A DNA stretch of 64,000 bases from Mesotaenium endlicherianum (taxonomy: Eukaryota). Positions 49,514 through 62,400 of this stretch are shown one piece after another. The DNA is taken from positions 178,092-242,091 of the forward strand of contig WELA01000937.1 in assembly GCA_009602735.1 (NCBI GenBank). Direction: 5' to 3'. Both the position numbers and the translations under genes were made by a program. How positions within the stretch are numbered: position 1 is the stretch's first letter; the number at the start of each line of letters is the position of its first letter. The notes beneath the pieces were generated by a model that had not been told where the DNA came from, did no database searches, and saw nothing but the letters and a program-made list of their open reading frames with translations.

Positions 49514-51136
49514 TTTTTAAAAGAGTGGAGCTAATCTGATCATTATGTTCTACTTGTTTGATCATTTGTTTGGAACAAGGTTTGTAGGCTTTATGCTTTA
49601 TCCTCCAACAGCAAGCAAAATTGCTTAATGCGGTGAAACTTGTGTCAAGCGTACATTGAGAACTTTGTGTTGCTTCATTGAGCTACATTTGTCAGCCTGA
49701 ATGAAAGCATATCACTTGCCATTAAGACGATTGGGAGAATATGTAAAAGTGCAAGATGTAGAAGCTTGTAGAAGGTTCTTGAGACTATTGAGGATTATAA
49801 TATATTACGCATAGAGAAAGGTTAATTCTTGCGGAAAGCTTAAAGGTTGCGTTTTAACAATAGACGCATTCTAAAATATAGGAGTTTATTTATCAAGTGT
49901 TCTTGTAAATATTGACAAGAATCCATTAACTGTACTATAGTTCTTGATTTATTTTCTACATCTAAACTTTTACAAGGTAGATTGTCATAAGATGGAGTGC
50001 ATGAGGCGCACTAGTATTCTCACAATGTGAACAAGAAGAACATGTCAAGGAGCTTTGAAGATGTCCATGAAGTTCTCAATCATACATCTTGAAACAAAAA
50101 GCACAGAATTATATTAATCAAAAACCTCTTGCGAATGAAATATAAAGTGAACGCAATTGTCGCCAACAAAATTTATCAAAGCTTTTGAACACACTACATA
50201 AACGTAGGCTAAGTGACAGAAAATCATTCTGAATAGCTTACGAGTCACGAATGATCACGGTTGTGGCTTCGAACCGACTGGACACAAACTTCATCCTGCA
50301 TTGTCCTGCATGCTGCAAAAACAGTAGAGACCGTCACTAAATCACGAAGTGGCACTACGTCAGTAAACATGGAGCTACTTGAACCAAGCTGAGGCCAGCT
50401 GTAGCTGGCTGGAGCAGGCATAGAAGGTTCCGCAGTTGATGACGAGGACGTGGTCGATTGGATGGCGTCAGCCAGGATCAGCAGGAAAAATGTCAAGATA
50501 TCCAAGGGTTTCCGTAATACGCATTGAGCCTGCATTGAGCTACATTGAGCCAGCATTGAGCAGCTTCGACGATACCGTGGGATATACTTGCTTATATATC
50601 AAGAGTTACTTAACAAAATATCCGGCAGCCTAGATTGTTCCAATTGCTTCGGATCGTACACCTCACACGTTGTGTTTGTAGATTCCCCGATACGTTCTCA
50701 TGAGCCATCGTGCATCCTCGGTTTGGCATGCTCCATGACTGGCCGATTCTTTGCACCCTCATCTCATCTTGCAAGCGACCTTCTCCATTTTTTGTGCTCC
50801 TTTGAAACCTAGGGTTTTTTGTCCACGGCTTTTGTTTGATCAATTTGAAGGAGCTTCTTGAGCTACGTTCAGGTGCGTTCAGCTGTGCGTCAATGTTAAG
50901 CAGCATGCTACCGTGTAGCAAAAATACATTTTGATTGACGGAGTCTGAGATGTATATGTGGACAAGTCTTTGCATACCTCAATTTGGTCTGAAGTTAATG
51001 GATGACTTCAATGTTACTGGGATTATGCTTTAGGTAGTTAGAAGGCCACCACAATTTTTAAACTGATTCGTTCTTGTAAGGACATCAATGAGTCCAACTA
51101 GGAAATAAGCTTGTTTGATGAATTGGTTTTGCAGCA

Positions 51137-51975
51137 ATGGCGTCCGTAACAATGGCAGCAGTCTCTTTCATGGTCCCATCCATGAGCTTGAACAGCGGGA
51201 GGTCCGCTGGGCAGGTTGCGTCTACATCTTCTGCTCGCTCCCAGCTGTTTGGCTGCACCCTGCGCATGAACGTGTCTACTCGCAAGACAATTAGAGTTGC
51301 CAGCGCAATCGTCTGTAAGACACCACAGGTAGGAAAGCTTGTACCACCGCAGTCAGTCATTTGGGTCTCCATATTACATCATGCCTTGGCATTTGGTAGA
51401 TGCAACTTATCTTGCTGCTTGTGGCATGTTGTAAGGGGTGTTGTAAGGAATGGGGTAACATTTGTTGCAAGATTCGTGTCCCTGGGCAGTAACGTTGCAG
51501 TTTCTGACTGGCATCTGATTATGTTGGAAAGTTTGCTGCTTTACCAATGTGGGGTAAGGGATGTGAGGCAAGTGGGTCATTGCTCATACATTACACTCAT
51601 CGATCGATGACGATGGGCTGTATGCCATGGGAGCTGGGATGTGGTAGTTTCGCAATTCATAGGCATGTGAATGATCGTCTAAAGGTGGGCACAGATGGAG
51701 CTTGAGGGGCAGGATGCTGTGTTAGCTGAAGTCTGTATGGTTGGTGCCCCGTAATGCAGGAGCTGGACAACAAGCTAGAAGCTCTTATCCAGGAGGCCAA
51801 GGACCTGTGCGCCACCGGATCCACTGGTGAGTGTGCAGCCATGTGGGATGAAATTGAGGAGATTTCTGCTAACGCTGCCCACAAAAGGGATGCTGCCAAG
51901 GGGGGTGTTGACCCTCTAGAGAAGTTCTGCGAAGACAGCCCTGAGGCTGATGAGTGCCGCACATACGAGGATTAG
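51137..51975 (+). CDS. CP12: Calvin cycle protein CP12, chloroplastic
   Basis: Exons 51137-51328 (transit peptide) and 51760-51975. Reads AKDLCATGSTGECAAMWDEIEEISA...DPLEKFCEDSPEADECRTYED, with both Cys pairs. Confidence 0.97.
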
Positions 51976-54034
51976 ACTTATTTAGCATGGCCGCAAATTG
52001 CTGTCTGATAGAAGTTTTTATGGATCACTAGCTAAGCTACAGAGCTATTAGTACTTCACGTGTATGGCCATTGGTGGTGGTGAAATAAGTAAATTGAGCA
52101 ATCTAAATGTCGATTGGTGATGGGGCTAATTGTGGATATGGAGACAGTTTTGGGACGTTGTGTCGCTACTTCGTACTCTCTCTCCCCTGTTGTGTGGTGC
52201 CTTTGAATGGATGTCTTTCATAAAAAGCTCGGTGATTGTACACCGTGATACCTTGATTACTAGGGGTGTTAGGGTTAATGAGAATTAGTGTTTGCTTAAG
52301 TTGCACTGTCATGTGGGTCTTGTATGTTGCATTTATTGAAATGCGACACGTAGATGAGAATGAGTATTCATGATCTTGTGGCTAATATGATGTAGTATTC
52401 TGATAGCTTTGCAGATTCTAGCTGGCTGCGCTGTTGTTCAACTGCTCATTGTCAGATGTTCTATATCGATAGTGTGGAGTATTAAAATAATAATGTATGA
52501 CTGGCACTGGTTAACAAATCATATGCACAAGTTTTTCAAAGTTATCAATTGCAACAGTGAATTGAAGGGACATTGCAGGGCAAGCAATCAAAAGTACCAA
52601 TCACGAGAAGTTCCTTCCTATGAGAGGCCTTGCACTGCAAAGGTTTACGCTGTGAAGTATATATGAATGTAAGGAGATGATGCAAGGCATAGGAAACTTA
52701 AATGTAATAACTTCTGAAACAGCTCAAGTTACATGTGAGTTAGGTATCAGTTTGAATTATGAATGAAAGTGACGGCGGGCCTGAATCTATTGTCTTTATT
52801 TATTTCATGCACGAGCAATTTGCGAACTATGATCTGATCAACTCAAAAATACCGTGTTGAACCATCACTCATGCCTAAACAGAATGCAATTGAACAGTAG
52901 CTTCATATGCTTCTTGACCTGATGTGTCTTATTCCTTAGCTGTGTGTGGCACAACCACTATCGTGTTATCTTGTGCCCTCGCAGTCATGCGCGGATCAAA
53001 ATGTTGAGAAGTGCTGCATGCTCCATTTGGAGTCAAGAACTCCGGGATAACCATTAAATAGGTCACTTGGAATACATCCTAAACCAAGAACAACCACAAA
53101 CAGCTGTAAGACCACTTTAAGAACGGTCGATGCTTGAATTAACAAAGAGAATTGTTTTCAAAGTATAAAGCATATGCATGGAGGTGCGAGCAAGAAACGA
53201 GAAACTAAGCCATTGCTCTTTCTCAGCATAAGTTGGTCAAAAACTGGTGAATAGAATAATTTACGAAATTAATGTTAGAAGCATGAAGGAGAGTCGTACA
53301 ATATGGTGAAGCTTCATATGAACACTCGTCTATCTCTTATTAGCCCAAACCTTTTCACCCTTTTAACTTGATTATGGCTAACTTTGTATATACTAGAATG
53401 TAACGCGAGCGTCGACGCAGCCCGGACGTCCGCTATGGTCGTTACATACTAGAGTAGCATAGACCAGCATAGGCCATTCGGCATGGTGAGAGCCAGCTGG
53501 GAGCTCTGTAATGCTCGTGACAGCGCCTCCTTACCTCGACTTTTGGGCGACGGGCTACTCATGGCGATCGGAATAATCGCAATTAGTCGAAATACATCGC
53601 AATGACTTGGCGAGGAAGTTTCCTCTCTAAGCATCGTGGAATGAACGTAGTGGAAGTAATTAAGCGTAGAAAGTGTTCGAAGAGAAGGGTGCATGGACAC
53701 CCGGCCTAGCTTGAAAGGTTCCCCTCAGCGCAAGGAAGATACGCTACCGCTTGGGAATCTCAGCTCTAGGATCTCAAAACTACGCGGGCTATCCAGCCTG
53801 TGAATCACTTCAGCAGCTTCGCATGCAGGAAGAGCAGCTATCACATGAGAGCATAAGCTTCGAAGCATGCAGAAGCTAGCGTTGAGTACCGCGGGCCTTG
53901 CGCTTGCGGATGGCGATTTTCTTTACCTCTTTGTACGTGTTCTAGGCATGTCCTGTGTGTAAGAAGCTGCTCCTTCGCTCTCTCGCTTCAGATACGGCGA
54001 TAATCCGTCCTCGTCTCCTATTGAGGCACAAGCC

Positions 54035-56132
54035 ATGACGGCAGCAGCGCATGCAGTTAATTCAGTGCTTGGGGCACTCGCTACCGAAAAGTTTGCCGTT
54101 TCGGCTTACTCTACCCAAAGTAGGGGTCAAAGTCAGAACCAAATTCGCTGTCAGAGTCAAAGCAGGCTCGTAGCGGCCCCTCTGCAAGCATGCAGGACGA
54201 GTTCTTCGTGCTCTGCCTCTTATCAATTGAGCAAGTCCTTCCAAGTTGCAGGCGCAGCATGCTGCCAAGTGTCCTCTACTGGTCTGTTTCGTGAGTCACC
54301 AGCATATTCCGGCAGGGTTACAGGAAGAGGAGGGGCTTTTTGTTCTGCATGGGCAGGCCTAGGAACAAGTGAGAGTGGTAGAAGAAAGGAGAATGCACAA
54401 AGGAAACCATGTAGTCCTGCTTGTGGCGCCCTTCACCTTGCCCACCGCAGCCCTGAGCAGGAGCCACTCCACGCTGATGCTGGGAGCAACAGGTGGCATG
54501 CTTCCAGCCGCAGCAGCACTGGTGGGACAAGTAGCTGGAGCAGGAGCTGGATGGGCAAGGGAAGGACTCCTTTCACACACGCGAGTCACCGACAGGGAGG
54601 GTTAACGGGATTTCTTTCTCACTGCAGCGTGCCGTGCCAGAAAGCAGGTGCACCCTGGCTAGGCCTTCGAACAGGTGGCATGGCCTCGGCGCCAGCTGTC
54701 GCCTGGCACGGGCGCCCTCTGGGGCATTCGGATAAGAAAGTGGGCGGAGCGAGCGGCAGAGGTGATGCTCCAGCTGTCAGGTTGCAGTGCTTCGCCAAGA
54801 AGAGCAGTAAGAGTGACTGGGAGAAAGAGGTCGACAAGTGGCGCTCCACTACGAGTGACTGGGAGAAAGAGGTCGACAAGTGGCGCTCCAGGAGCAACCG
54901 GTGGCAGGGGCGGCGATTCAGGGGCGGTGGCAGGAAGGGCGGGGGCGGGGGCCTTCGCGGGAGAAGAGGGCGCAGCTTGGGGGGGCTGGGGATGGCGGCG
55001 GGGGCGATTGCAGGGCTTGCGGCGCTGACAGCTGGTGCTGCAGCCCTGACAGCTGGTGTCGCCGTGGCATCCACCGCGGTGCTCTTCCCGCTCGTCATTC
55101 CCCTCGTCCTGGGGACAGGTGCCGTTATCTTCGCCGGCGCCGTCGCCTCGCTGGCGGCAGGGCTGGCGCTGGTGGTGCCGCTGGTCGCGCTCTCATTCGC
55201 CTTCCTGGGGCCCTTTGGGGGCCTCTTCCGGCTCCTGCTCCCGCTCCCGCTCCCCTTTGGCGCCATCGGTCCAGCTGTCGACAAGCTTTTCTGCTTCGTC
55301 ATCGTTGCCAACTTCCTGGGGGCCCTGGGCGGCGCGTACACGCGCTCCAGGTCAGCAGCAGCGCCGGGCGGCGCGGGCAGCGGCCGGCCTCTGAGCAGGG
55401 GCCAGGAGGCGGCCGCGCTGCTGCTCGACATGCAGCCCCTGGCGCCAGGTGTCACCGCGGCAGACGCGGCCGCGCCCNTGCGAGAAGGCAGAGCTCTTCA
55501 AGAACTGCCTCGTCTACGGCGCCCCCGCGCTCTCCTTCCTGCTCGCGTCGGCCGTGCTGCCGGGGTTCACCCTGTTTGGGGGCGGGTACTTCCTCGGGAA
55601 CGGGTGGTGGCTGTCGCTCCTCCTGGGGGCCGTCCATCTGCAGCTCGAGCGGATCAGGGTCAACGACTGCCTGGCGGCCGCCGGCGGGCGGACGCTCGAG
55701 GGCATGACAGCTGGCGGTGAGGCTGCCTCTCACTTCGCCTCCTCCGCCTGCGCTCCTTGCACGACCGCTGCTGCGGGCGTGCACGATGCGTACACGTGTG
55801 CGCGCGTGTGCTGTGTGCGTTGCTCTGTGTGTGTGTTGTTCCGTGTATGTGTTGTGTTCCGTGGGCCATGTGGCGTGAGGTTGACGGCCGAGCACGTTGC
55901 TTGCATCTTCTCGCGTTGTGTCCTTTGCCTTCTCTCCGCTGATGTTGCGCGCACGCCAGGGCTCACCATATATGGCTCCCTTTTTCTCTTAGGAACTCAA
56001 AACGTGAGGAGGGTTGGATGAAGAGTAGGTAAGTAGGTGTGTAGGTGAGATGGTTGGAGGTAAGAACGTGAGAGGGCAAGAAGGTTCTGCTTTCTTGCCT
56101 GGCGGATGTGCATTGACGCGTGCATTGGTGCT

Positions 56133-56165
<33 letters not shown>

Positions 56166-56514
56166 AGGGGAAGAGGAGGAGGAGGTTCTCTCGGTGGAGG
56201 AGCTGGAGGCAATGCACCGCCAAGGCGAGCTGGAGTCCTTCGACCAGAGGCTGAACATGAGGGCAACAGCTGGCGGCGCCGCCGCCCGGCTGCGCCCCCG
56301 CGACTGGACGGTGGGCGACGTCGCCAGGTGGCTGCAGGAGAACGGGTTCGCGCGGTACGCCGCCGCCTTCTTGGAGCACGACGTCAGCGGAGAGGTGCTC
56401 CTGGGCCTGACGGCGGAGGAGCTGCGGGAGGAGCTCGGCATGAAGAGCCTGGGGGAGCGCAAGCGCTTTGTCGCGGCGCTCGAGAGCGTGCAGGCCGAAG
56501 AAAGAGTTGATTGA
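54035..56514 (+). CDS. Membrane protein with a long N-terminal extension and a C-terminal SAM domain (fuller copy)
   Basis: Exon 54035-55716 (frame change at the single n near 55478) and exon 56168-56514. Several hydrophobic segments lie in 54990-55650, and the SAM domain is in the last exon. Confidence 0.8.
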
Positions 56515-57030
56515 TGACTGGTGCGGGACGCTCGAGAGCGTGTGGGCCGACAAGGGAGCCTACTGATGGCTGGTGCGGGAGGGAGAATGTGCGGGGGGGG
56601 GCGTGAAGCGGAGCCTGGGTGTGAGCGCGAGCGCTTTCGTCGCGGCACTAGAGAGCGTGCAGGCCTTCGAGAGGGGCGACTGATGGCTGGTGTGGGACGG
56701 TCGAGAGCGGGCAGGCCGACGGGAGGGCCGACCGAGCAGATTGGTGACGGGGATATGCGGGGGAGCGTGACGAGGGCAGGCCGACGAGAGAGACGATTGA
56801 AGGCTGATGCGGGACGCTTGAGAGCGTGCAGGCTAATGGAAGAGGGCCGGCTGATGGTCTGACGCGGGAGAACGTGCGGGGGGGGCGTGAAGAGCCTGGG
56901 TGTGAGCGCTTTCGTAGCGGTGCTAGAGAGCGTGCAAGCTGATGAGAAAGGCAACTGAGCAGGATGGCGAGGGAGATACGCGGGGGAGCGTGACGGGCCG
57001 GGCGGAGCGGCAGCGCGTTGTTGCGGCCGG
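56470..57030 (+). repeat. Degenerate tandem repeats derived from the end of the SAM coding sequence
   Basis: Recurrent GAGAGCGTGCAGGCC...CTGATGGCTGGTG units; mirrored at about 42720-43100. Confidence 0.7.
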
Positions 57031-57036
57031 GGGGAG

Positions 57037-57611
57037 NNNNNNNNNNNNNNNNNNNNNNNNNNNNNNNNNNNNNNNNNNNNNNNNNNNNNNNNNNNNNNNN
57101 NNNNNNNNNNNNNNNNNNNNNNNNNNNNNNNNNNNNNNNNNNNNNNNNNNNNNNNNNNNNNNNNNNNNNNNNNNNNNNNNNNNNNNNNNNNNNNNNNNNN
57201 NNNNNNNNNNNNNNNNNNNNNNNNNNNNNNNNNNNNNNNNNNNNNNNNNNNNNNNNNNNNNNNNNNNNNNNNNNNNNNNNNNNNNNNNNNNNNNNNNNNN
57301 NNNNNNNNNNNNNNNNNNNNNNNNNNNNNNNNNNNNNNNNNNNNNNNNNNNNNNNNNNNNNNNNNNNNNNNNNNNNNNNNNNNNNNNNNNNNNNNNNNNN
57401 NNNNNNNNNNNNNNNNNNNNNNNNNNNNNNNNNNNNNNNNNNNNNNNNNNNNNNNNNNNNNNNNNNNNNNNNNNNNNNNNNNNNNNNNNNNNNNNNNNNN
57501 NNNNNNNNNNNNNNNNNNNNNNNNNNNNNNNNNNNNNNNNNNNNNNNNNNNNNNNNNNNNNNNNNNNNNNNNNNNNNNNNNNNNNNNNNNNNNNNNNNNN
57601 NNNNNNNNNNN
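57037..57611. other. Assembly gap (N-run)
   Basis: Run of Ns. Confidence 1.
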
Positions 57612-59495
57612 NGGGGGGGGGATGTGGACGAGAGGAAGGGTTTGCTGCGACGCTATAGAGTAGAGCAAGAATCTCCATGGTGATGCACTTGAGAGCCTGC
57701 AGGTTGGGGGAGGCTGCCCCAATGCAGGTGTGCCGCCGGCTGGTGGGAAGCGAAAGCGCCGCGTGCAAGCGTGTGGGCGGCGGAACTTGGTTTGGGCGGC
57801 GCTTGAAAGCGTGCGGTGCGCTGTGCAGGGTGTGGGCTACGTTGCCTATGAGTAGGGATAGAGCTCAAATAGGAATGGAGAGAGGTGAAGATGTACAGGT
57901 TGTGTGAGTGGACACCCTTCCAGTGCGGATGGAGGCGGGGCAGGGGGGGTGCGTTGTACAGGCTGTGGATAGGATGTGAGGGTGATGGCCTCTAGGTTCG
58001 AGGATGCTTTAAGGTTAGCTGTTAGTGCAGCTTGTTTGAAATCATGTGCAAATGGAATAGATGTCAGTGTCGAGCTTAGGGGTCAAACCCCTTTTTATTG
58101 ACAAAGCAGTTTTCTGCGCATTTTTTGTGATATATTGATGTCTCTGTGACACTGTAGACAGCAGTGCCCTGTACATCTTTTCTTAGTTATCATCAGTGTG
58201 ACTCTAGTTTATTACAAACTGAAACTGAGATATCACGATTTGTTCTGGAACTCGAGAGCAGCAAGTTTGGAGGCCCCGTGAAGGCATGTCATTTGTGTAT
58301 AAGGTGATGTAAGTAGTAGTCTTATAGAGTGAAAACCTTTTATGGGCCATGCGTGCTGAGCGTGCGCGAGACGAATGCTGACCTCATGCAGGATAGGTGT
58401 CCACCAAACTGCTCATCGATTTATTTTTTTGGCATTATGTAGCGATATAGAACTTCTTGGTTCACGACGCAGAACGGCACTTATTAACTTAGTTTCGACG
58501 AGTTTGTCGTTTTTGATATGTTGATCCGTGAGTGATGGTAATAAGGCAGCTGCTGCGTGCCTCGATGTCAGTTAGCAAAACATGTTACTTCTGATGAGTG
58601 ATATTAATACAACATGTGTGAAGCCAATGCAGCCAGCTAGGGCCAACTCCCAATCACAATGACCGCCACCTCAAACATCTCCATTTGTGCTCGACAATAT
58701 CGTCTAGCTAAGGGTGTAACAGCGACACATCAGCACCTCATAATATTGCAGACCTTGTTTTCTTATGGGACTATGAAGCATGTATGTAAGCCCTCGAGTT
58801 CGAATGGAAACAACCAGTCTGACTGGCAGCACGCATGGGCAGGCGACTGATACTGGACTGCTCAGAGCCAGGGAACGAGTTGCATCATGGGTGCCCTGTC
58901 AAAAGCGCACATCTGTCACGACAGAATAAGCTGAGATATTCTCAACAGTCTGAACACGGACCTCAGAGTATTCTCCCCAGCTTATCTGAAAAAAGTATCG
59001 TCTAAGAAGCACATGACTACACCTGACACGGCTGCAAGGTGCAAGGGCAAGCATCATACAGATGCAAATTCACCACTGGAACTTATAAACCCGAGACCTT
59101 GAATTTCTAGAGCCTCGACTGCGACCCGACCGGAACCACGTCGGAGAGCGACAAGTGTCGTCTCGTGCCTGGTGCATGCCAGCAGCGACGTGCGTCATGC
59201 CACGCTGGCGAGGCAATGAACGTCGGCAAGCACCCGGTGTTCAAGAACGTGCGGAAGCGAGTTGGGTCGTTGCTCCCCACTCCCAGAAACGACGCAAGGC
59301 AGCCAGATTGAGGCATGCGAATGATCCACCAGTTTTTCCAAGCCGCCATGTGAGCGAGCGAGCGAGCGCCGCAAGCAAGCAAGTGAGCAAGCGTGCGAGC
59401 AAGCGAGCGAGGGAGCAAGCAAGCGAGACGGCGAGTGAAGCGGGGCTGACTGCCACACAGGGCATTGCAGCCTTGTCACAAGTAAGCCACTGCAC

Positions 59496-62400
59496 TCAGA
59501 TCTCGGTGTCGATCTGGAAGGCGACGCCGTCAGCAGTGCGGAAGACATGCGTGGTGTGGTCCACCACCTGCAGGAAGCGAGCAAGCAAGCAAGCCAGCAA
59601 GCGAGCAAGCAAGCAGCCGAGGGAGAATCCTTCAGAGATGTGCCCATTGCCTCCTCTCGCGCCTCTAGCGCCAACTCGTATCAGCAAACAGGCCCACTCC
59701 TAATCAGCACGTGCAGGCGGCAGATGGGGCCCCACGAGGGCTGTATTGAGCTTCTCTCTAAAACTTTAAGGCCGCCCAAACATTTGCCCGACATATCAAT
59801 GGCTCTCTCCGCTATATATACACAATGTGCCGAGGCCGAGTGCAAGTGGGGCTACATGTGGACAAACGGAATCGCGCAAGCAAGCTGGGGGCGGCGGCAA
59901 GATGGCCCGTCCGACCCTTCCAGCGAGTTCAAAACTAGGAAGATGAGCGAACCAGATGCAGGCCCAGGGTTTTAGCAGGTGAGCGTTTGAGAGAGCTTTG
60001 CTGAAGTAAGCCAGGCGGCCAACGACATTGCTGAACCCTGAACCCTAACCCGGCCAGCTGGCGGCTTTTTGCGAGTCCATCTGGTGGGGGCTTCTGCCCC
60101 CCAGGGCCACTAGCTAAGGCGACAGGAGCCGGGCGGCAAGAATCACTTGGGCCTAGGGGTCACGTTTCGGCATTTTAGGTTCTGTATCTAGGGTGCAAAA
60201 TTCATGGGCTGTCATTTAGGGTTGGCATTCTTTAATAGGCTCCAAGCAACAGGGGCGGGAGGAGGGTCCAGGGGGGCGAGCGTTGAGAATGAAAAAGGGA
60301 CTTCCAGCTGAGCACAGAGGCAGTGCCGCCCGGCTTGGGCCTTCGGCACTGGAGTGGAAGCAGGGACTTGGGCTTCTGGGTCTTAGAATCTAGGGTTTAC
60401 ATTTTTTGGGGGCAGGGTTCTGGGGGTTCCGGAATTCATAGGGTTTGGAGTTATAGCGGGGTCGACATGTTGCACAAGCGGAGTGCAGCGCGTACAGCAC
60501 ACGTTTCTTGTCGGCAGGGTTCTAGGGTTGAGATTTTGGCGCTGAGGATTTTGGGATCGAGGAAGAAGATCCGAATCCAAATCATGCAGCGACGCGCGGA
60601 GTGCACGTTGGCGTCGGCAGGGTTCTAAGACTTCAGGGTTTTGGGGCTGAGGGAGAGGCTGGACCAGGGCTGGCAGGCGTGTAACGCGCGTCGGCAGCAT
60701 CGGCAGGTTGTGAGCCTTTCGGGGCCTTTGGGAGGCAAATGGAAAACGTTGTTGTCGGCAGTTTTCAGGATTTGGAAGGCAAATTATTTCGAGGTTTTGG
60801 GATCTTAGGGGTCGAGCAAGAGCCAGGAGCAGCCTGGCAGGCGGACGACGCGCGGTGGTGCCGGTAGGGTTTGGGGCTTTTGAGAATCTCAGCTCTCGTA
60901 AGTCAGGATTTTTTGGTTCTCAGGATTTTAGGGCCGAGGGGGAGGTTGGAACAGCCTGGCAGGCGTGTCGCGCGCGCGTGGGTGTCGGCAGAGGTCTACT
61001 AGGGCTTGAGGCAGGGTTTAAGGCAGGGGGGAAGGAGGAAGAGCACGAGCCAGCCTGGCAGGCGCGTGGCGCGCACATTGGCATCGGGCAGAGCTTAAGC
61101 CTTTTAAAATCCCAAGTTTCGGGGCTTCAGGTTTGCGGGGTTTAAGGGTTCTAGGAATCCTAGGGTTTCCAGGGTTTAGGGCCGATGGAGAGAGGCAGCG
61201 GGCGCACGATGCACGTTGGTGCCAGCAGAGTTTGAGCCCTTGAGAGCTCAAGTGTTAGGGTTTGGGAGGGTTGGGGGTTTAGAGAGGCGGGCGGGCCAGC
61301 GGGCGGGGGGGCAGGCGGACAGGTGTCACGCACGTTGGTGTCGGCGAGCTCTAGGTTGTAGAAGTCCATAAGGGGATCCGCAAACATGGGGCCCGCGTGC
61401 CAGGTGGCGGCGTGCAGCTTCAGGAAGGCGGGGCCGTCAATCCGAAACACCGCCACGTCCTCCGGCCTGGGCGGCACGTACGCGTGCCCCGCTCTTGACA
61501 CCTGTCGCCCCGGCTGGGCGGCTGCGGAGGAGCGCGCGGAGAAGCGGGGAACGGGGAGGGAGAAAAGCTTGCGAGTGCTTTGAGACACAATCTTGCCAGG
61601 TGTCCGTCTCACGGAGAGCTGAGGTTAGGGGAGGCCTAGGGGGTGGATTGCCACAATTGCCAAAGACAGCGATTTCTTTACATGTGTGTGTATTACGTAT
61701 AAAATGGAAAGATACACTTTTTGTACAAGTGTATATACGCGTCTATATATATGAAAGGAAAAATTGAGGAGAAGTATCGAGAAGACATGAGAAGGAAAGG
61801 GGGAGGACGGGGCACACAGCTACAAAGACAACTCCACGCGCACCTGCACTCTGCTTTAGGTGCTCGCAGAAAGACGAGCCAAGTGGATAGACTCCTGAGG
61901 CATTCCCAGCACCTACCCCCACCTCCATTTAACGACACCGATTCTGACGCAGGCGCAAGTTGCGCACTAGTAAGAAATTACAGACTCCTGGAGGCCACCC
62001 CAACGCACCTACCTCTATTAACGACACCGATTGTGACACAGACGCGACACGTGCACTCATACGAATATACAGCTAGCCTCTTATATCTGGTCGGGGTGGC
62101 AGGGTGGGTCGCGCACGCTGGCGAGAAAGCGAGAGAGCGAGAAAGCCACACAGACCCGAGGAGGCGGGGAGGATCGACGGCGCGGCCACGGCCAGGTACC
62201 AGGGGCGAGCGCCGACGGAGCCAAGGCACTGCGTGACGCTGGCGTGGTGCGTGATGCAGTCGAATGCCAGGGGCTTCTCGCGCAGCCGCATGATGTAGAA
62301 CCTGCTCCCCCGCGAACCGCAAACAAACCGTAAACCGCGAGCCGCGGACCGCGGATAGACGAGCGTGAGGGGGCAGCGCAAAGCACAACGCAGCGCAGCG

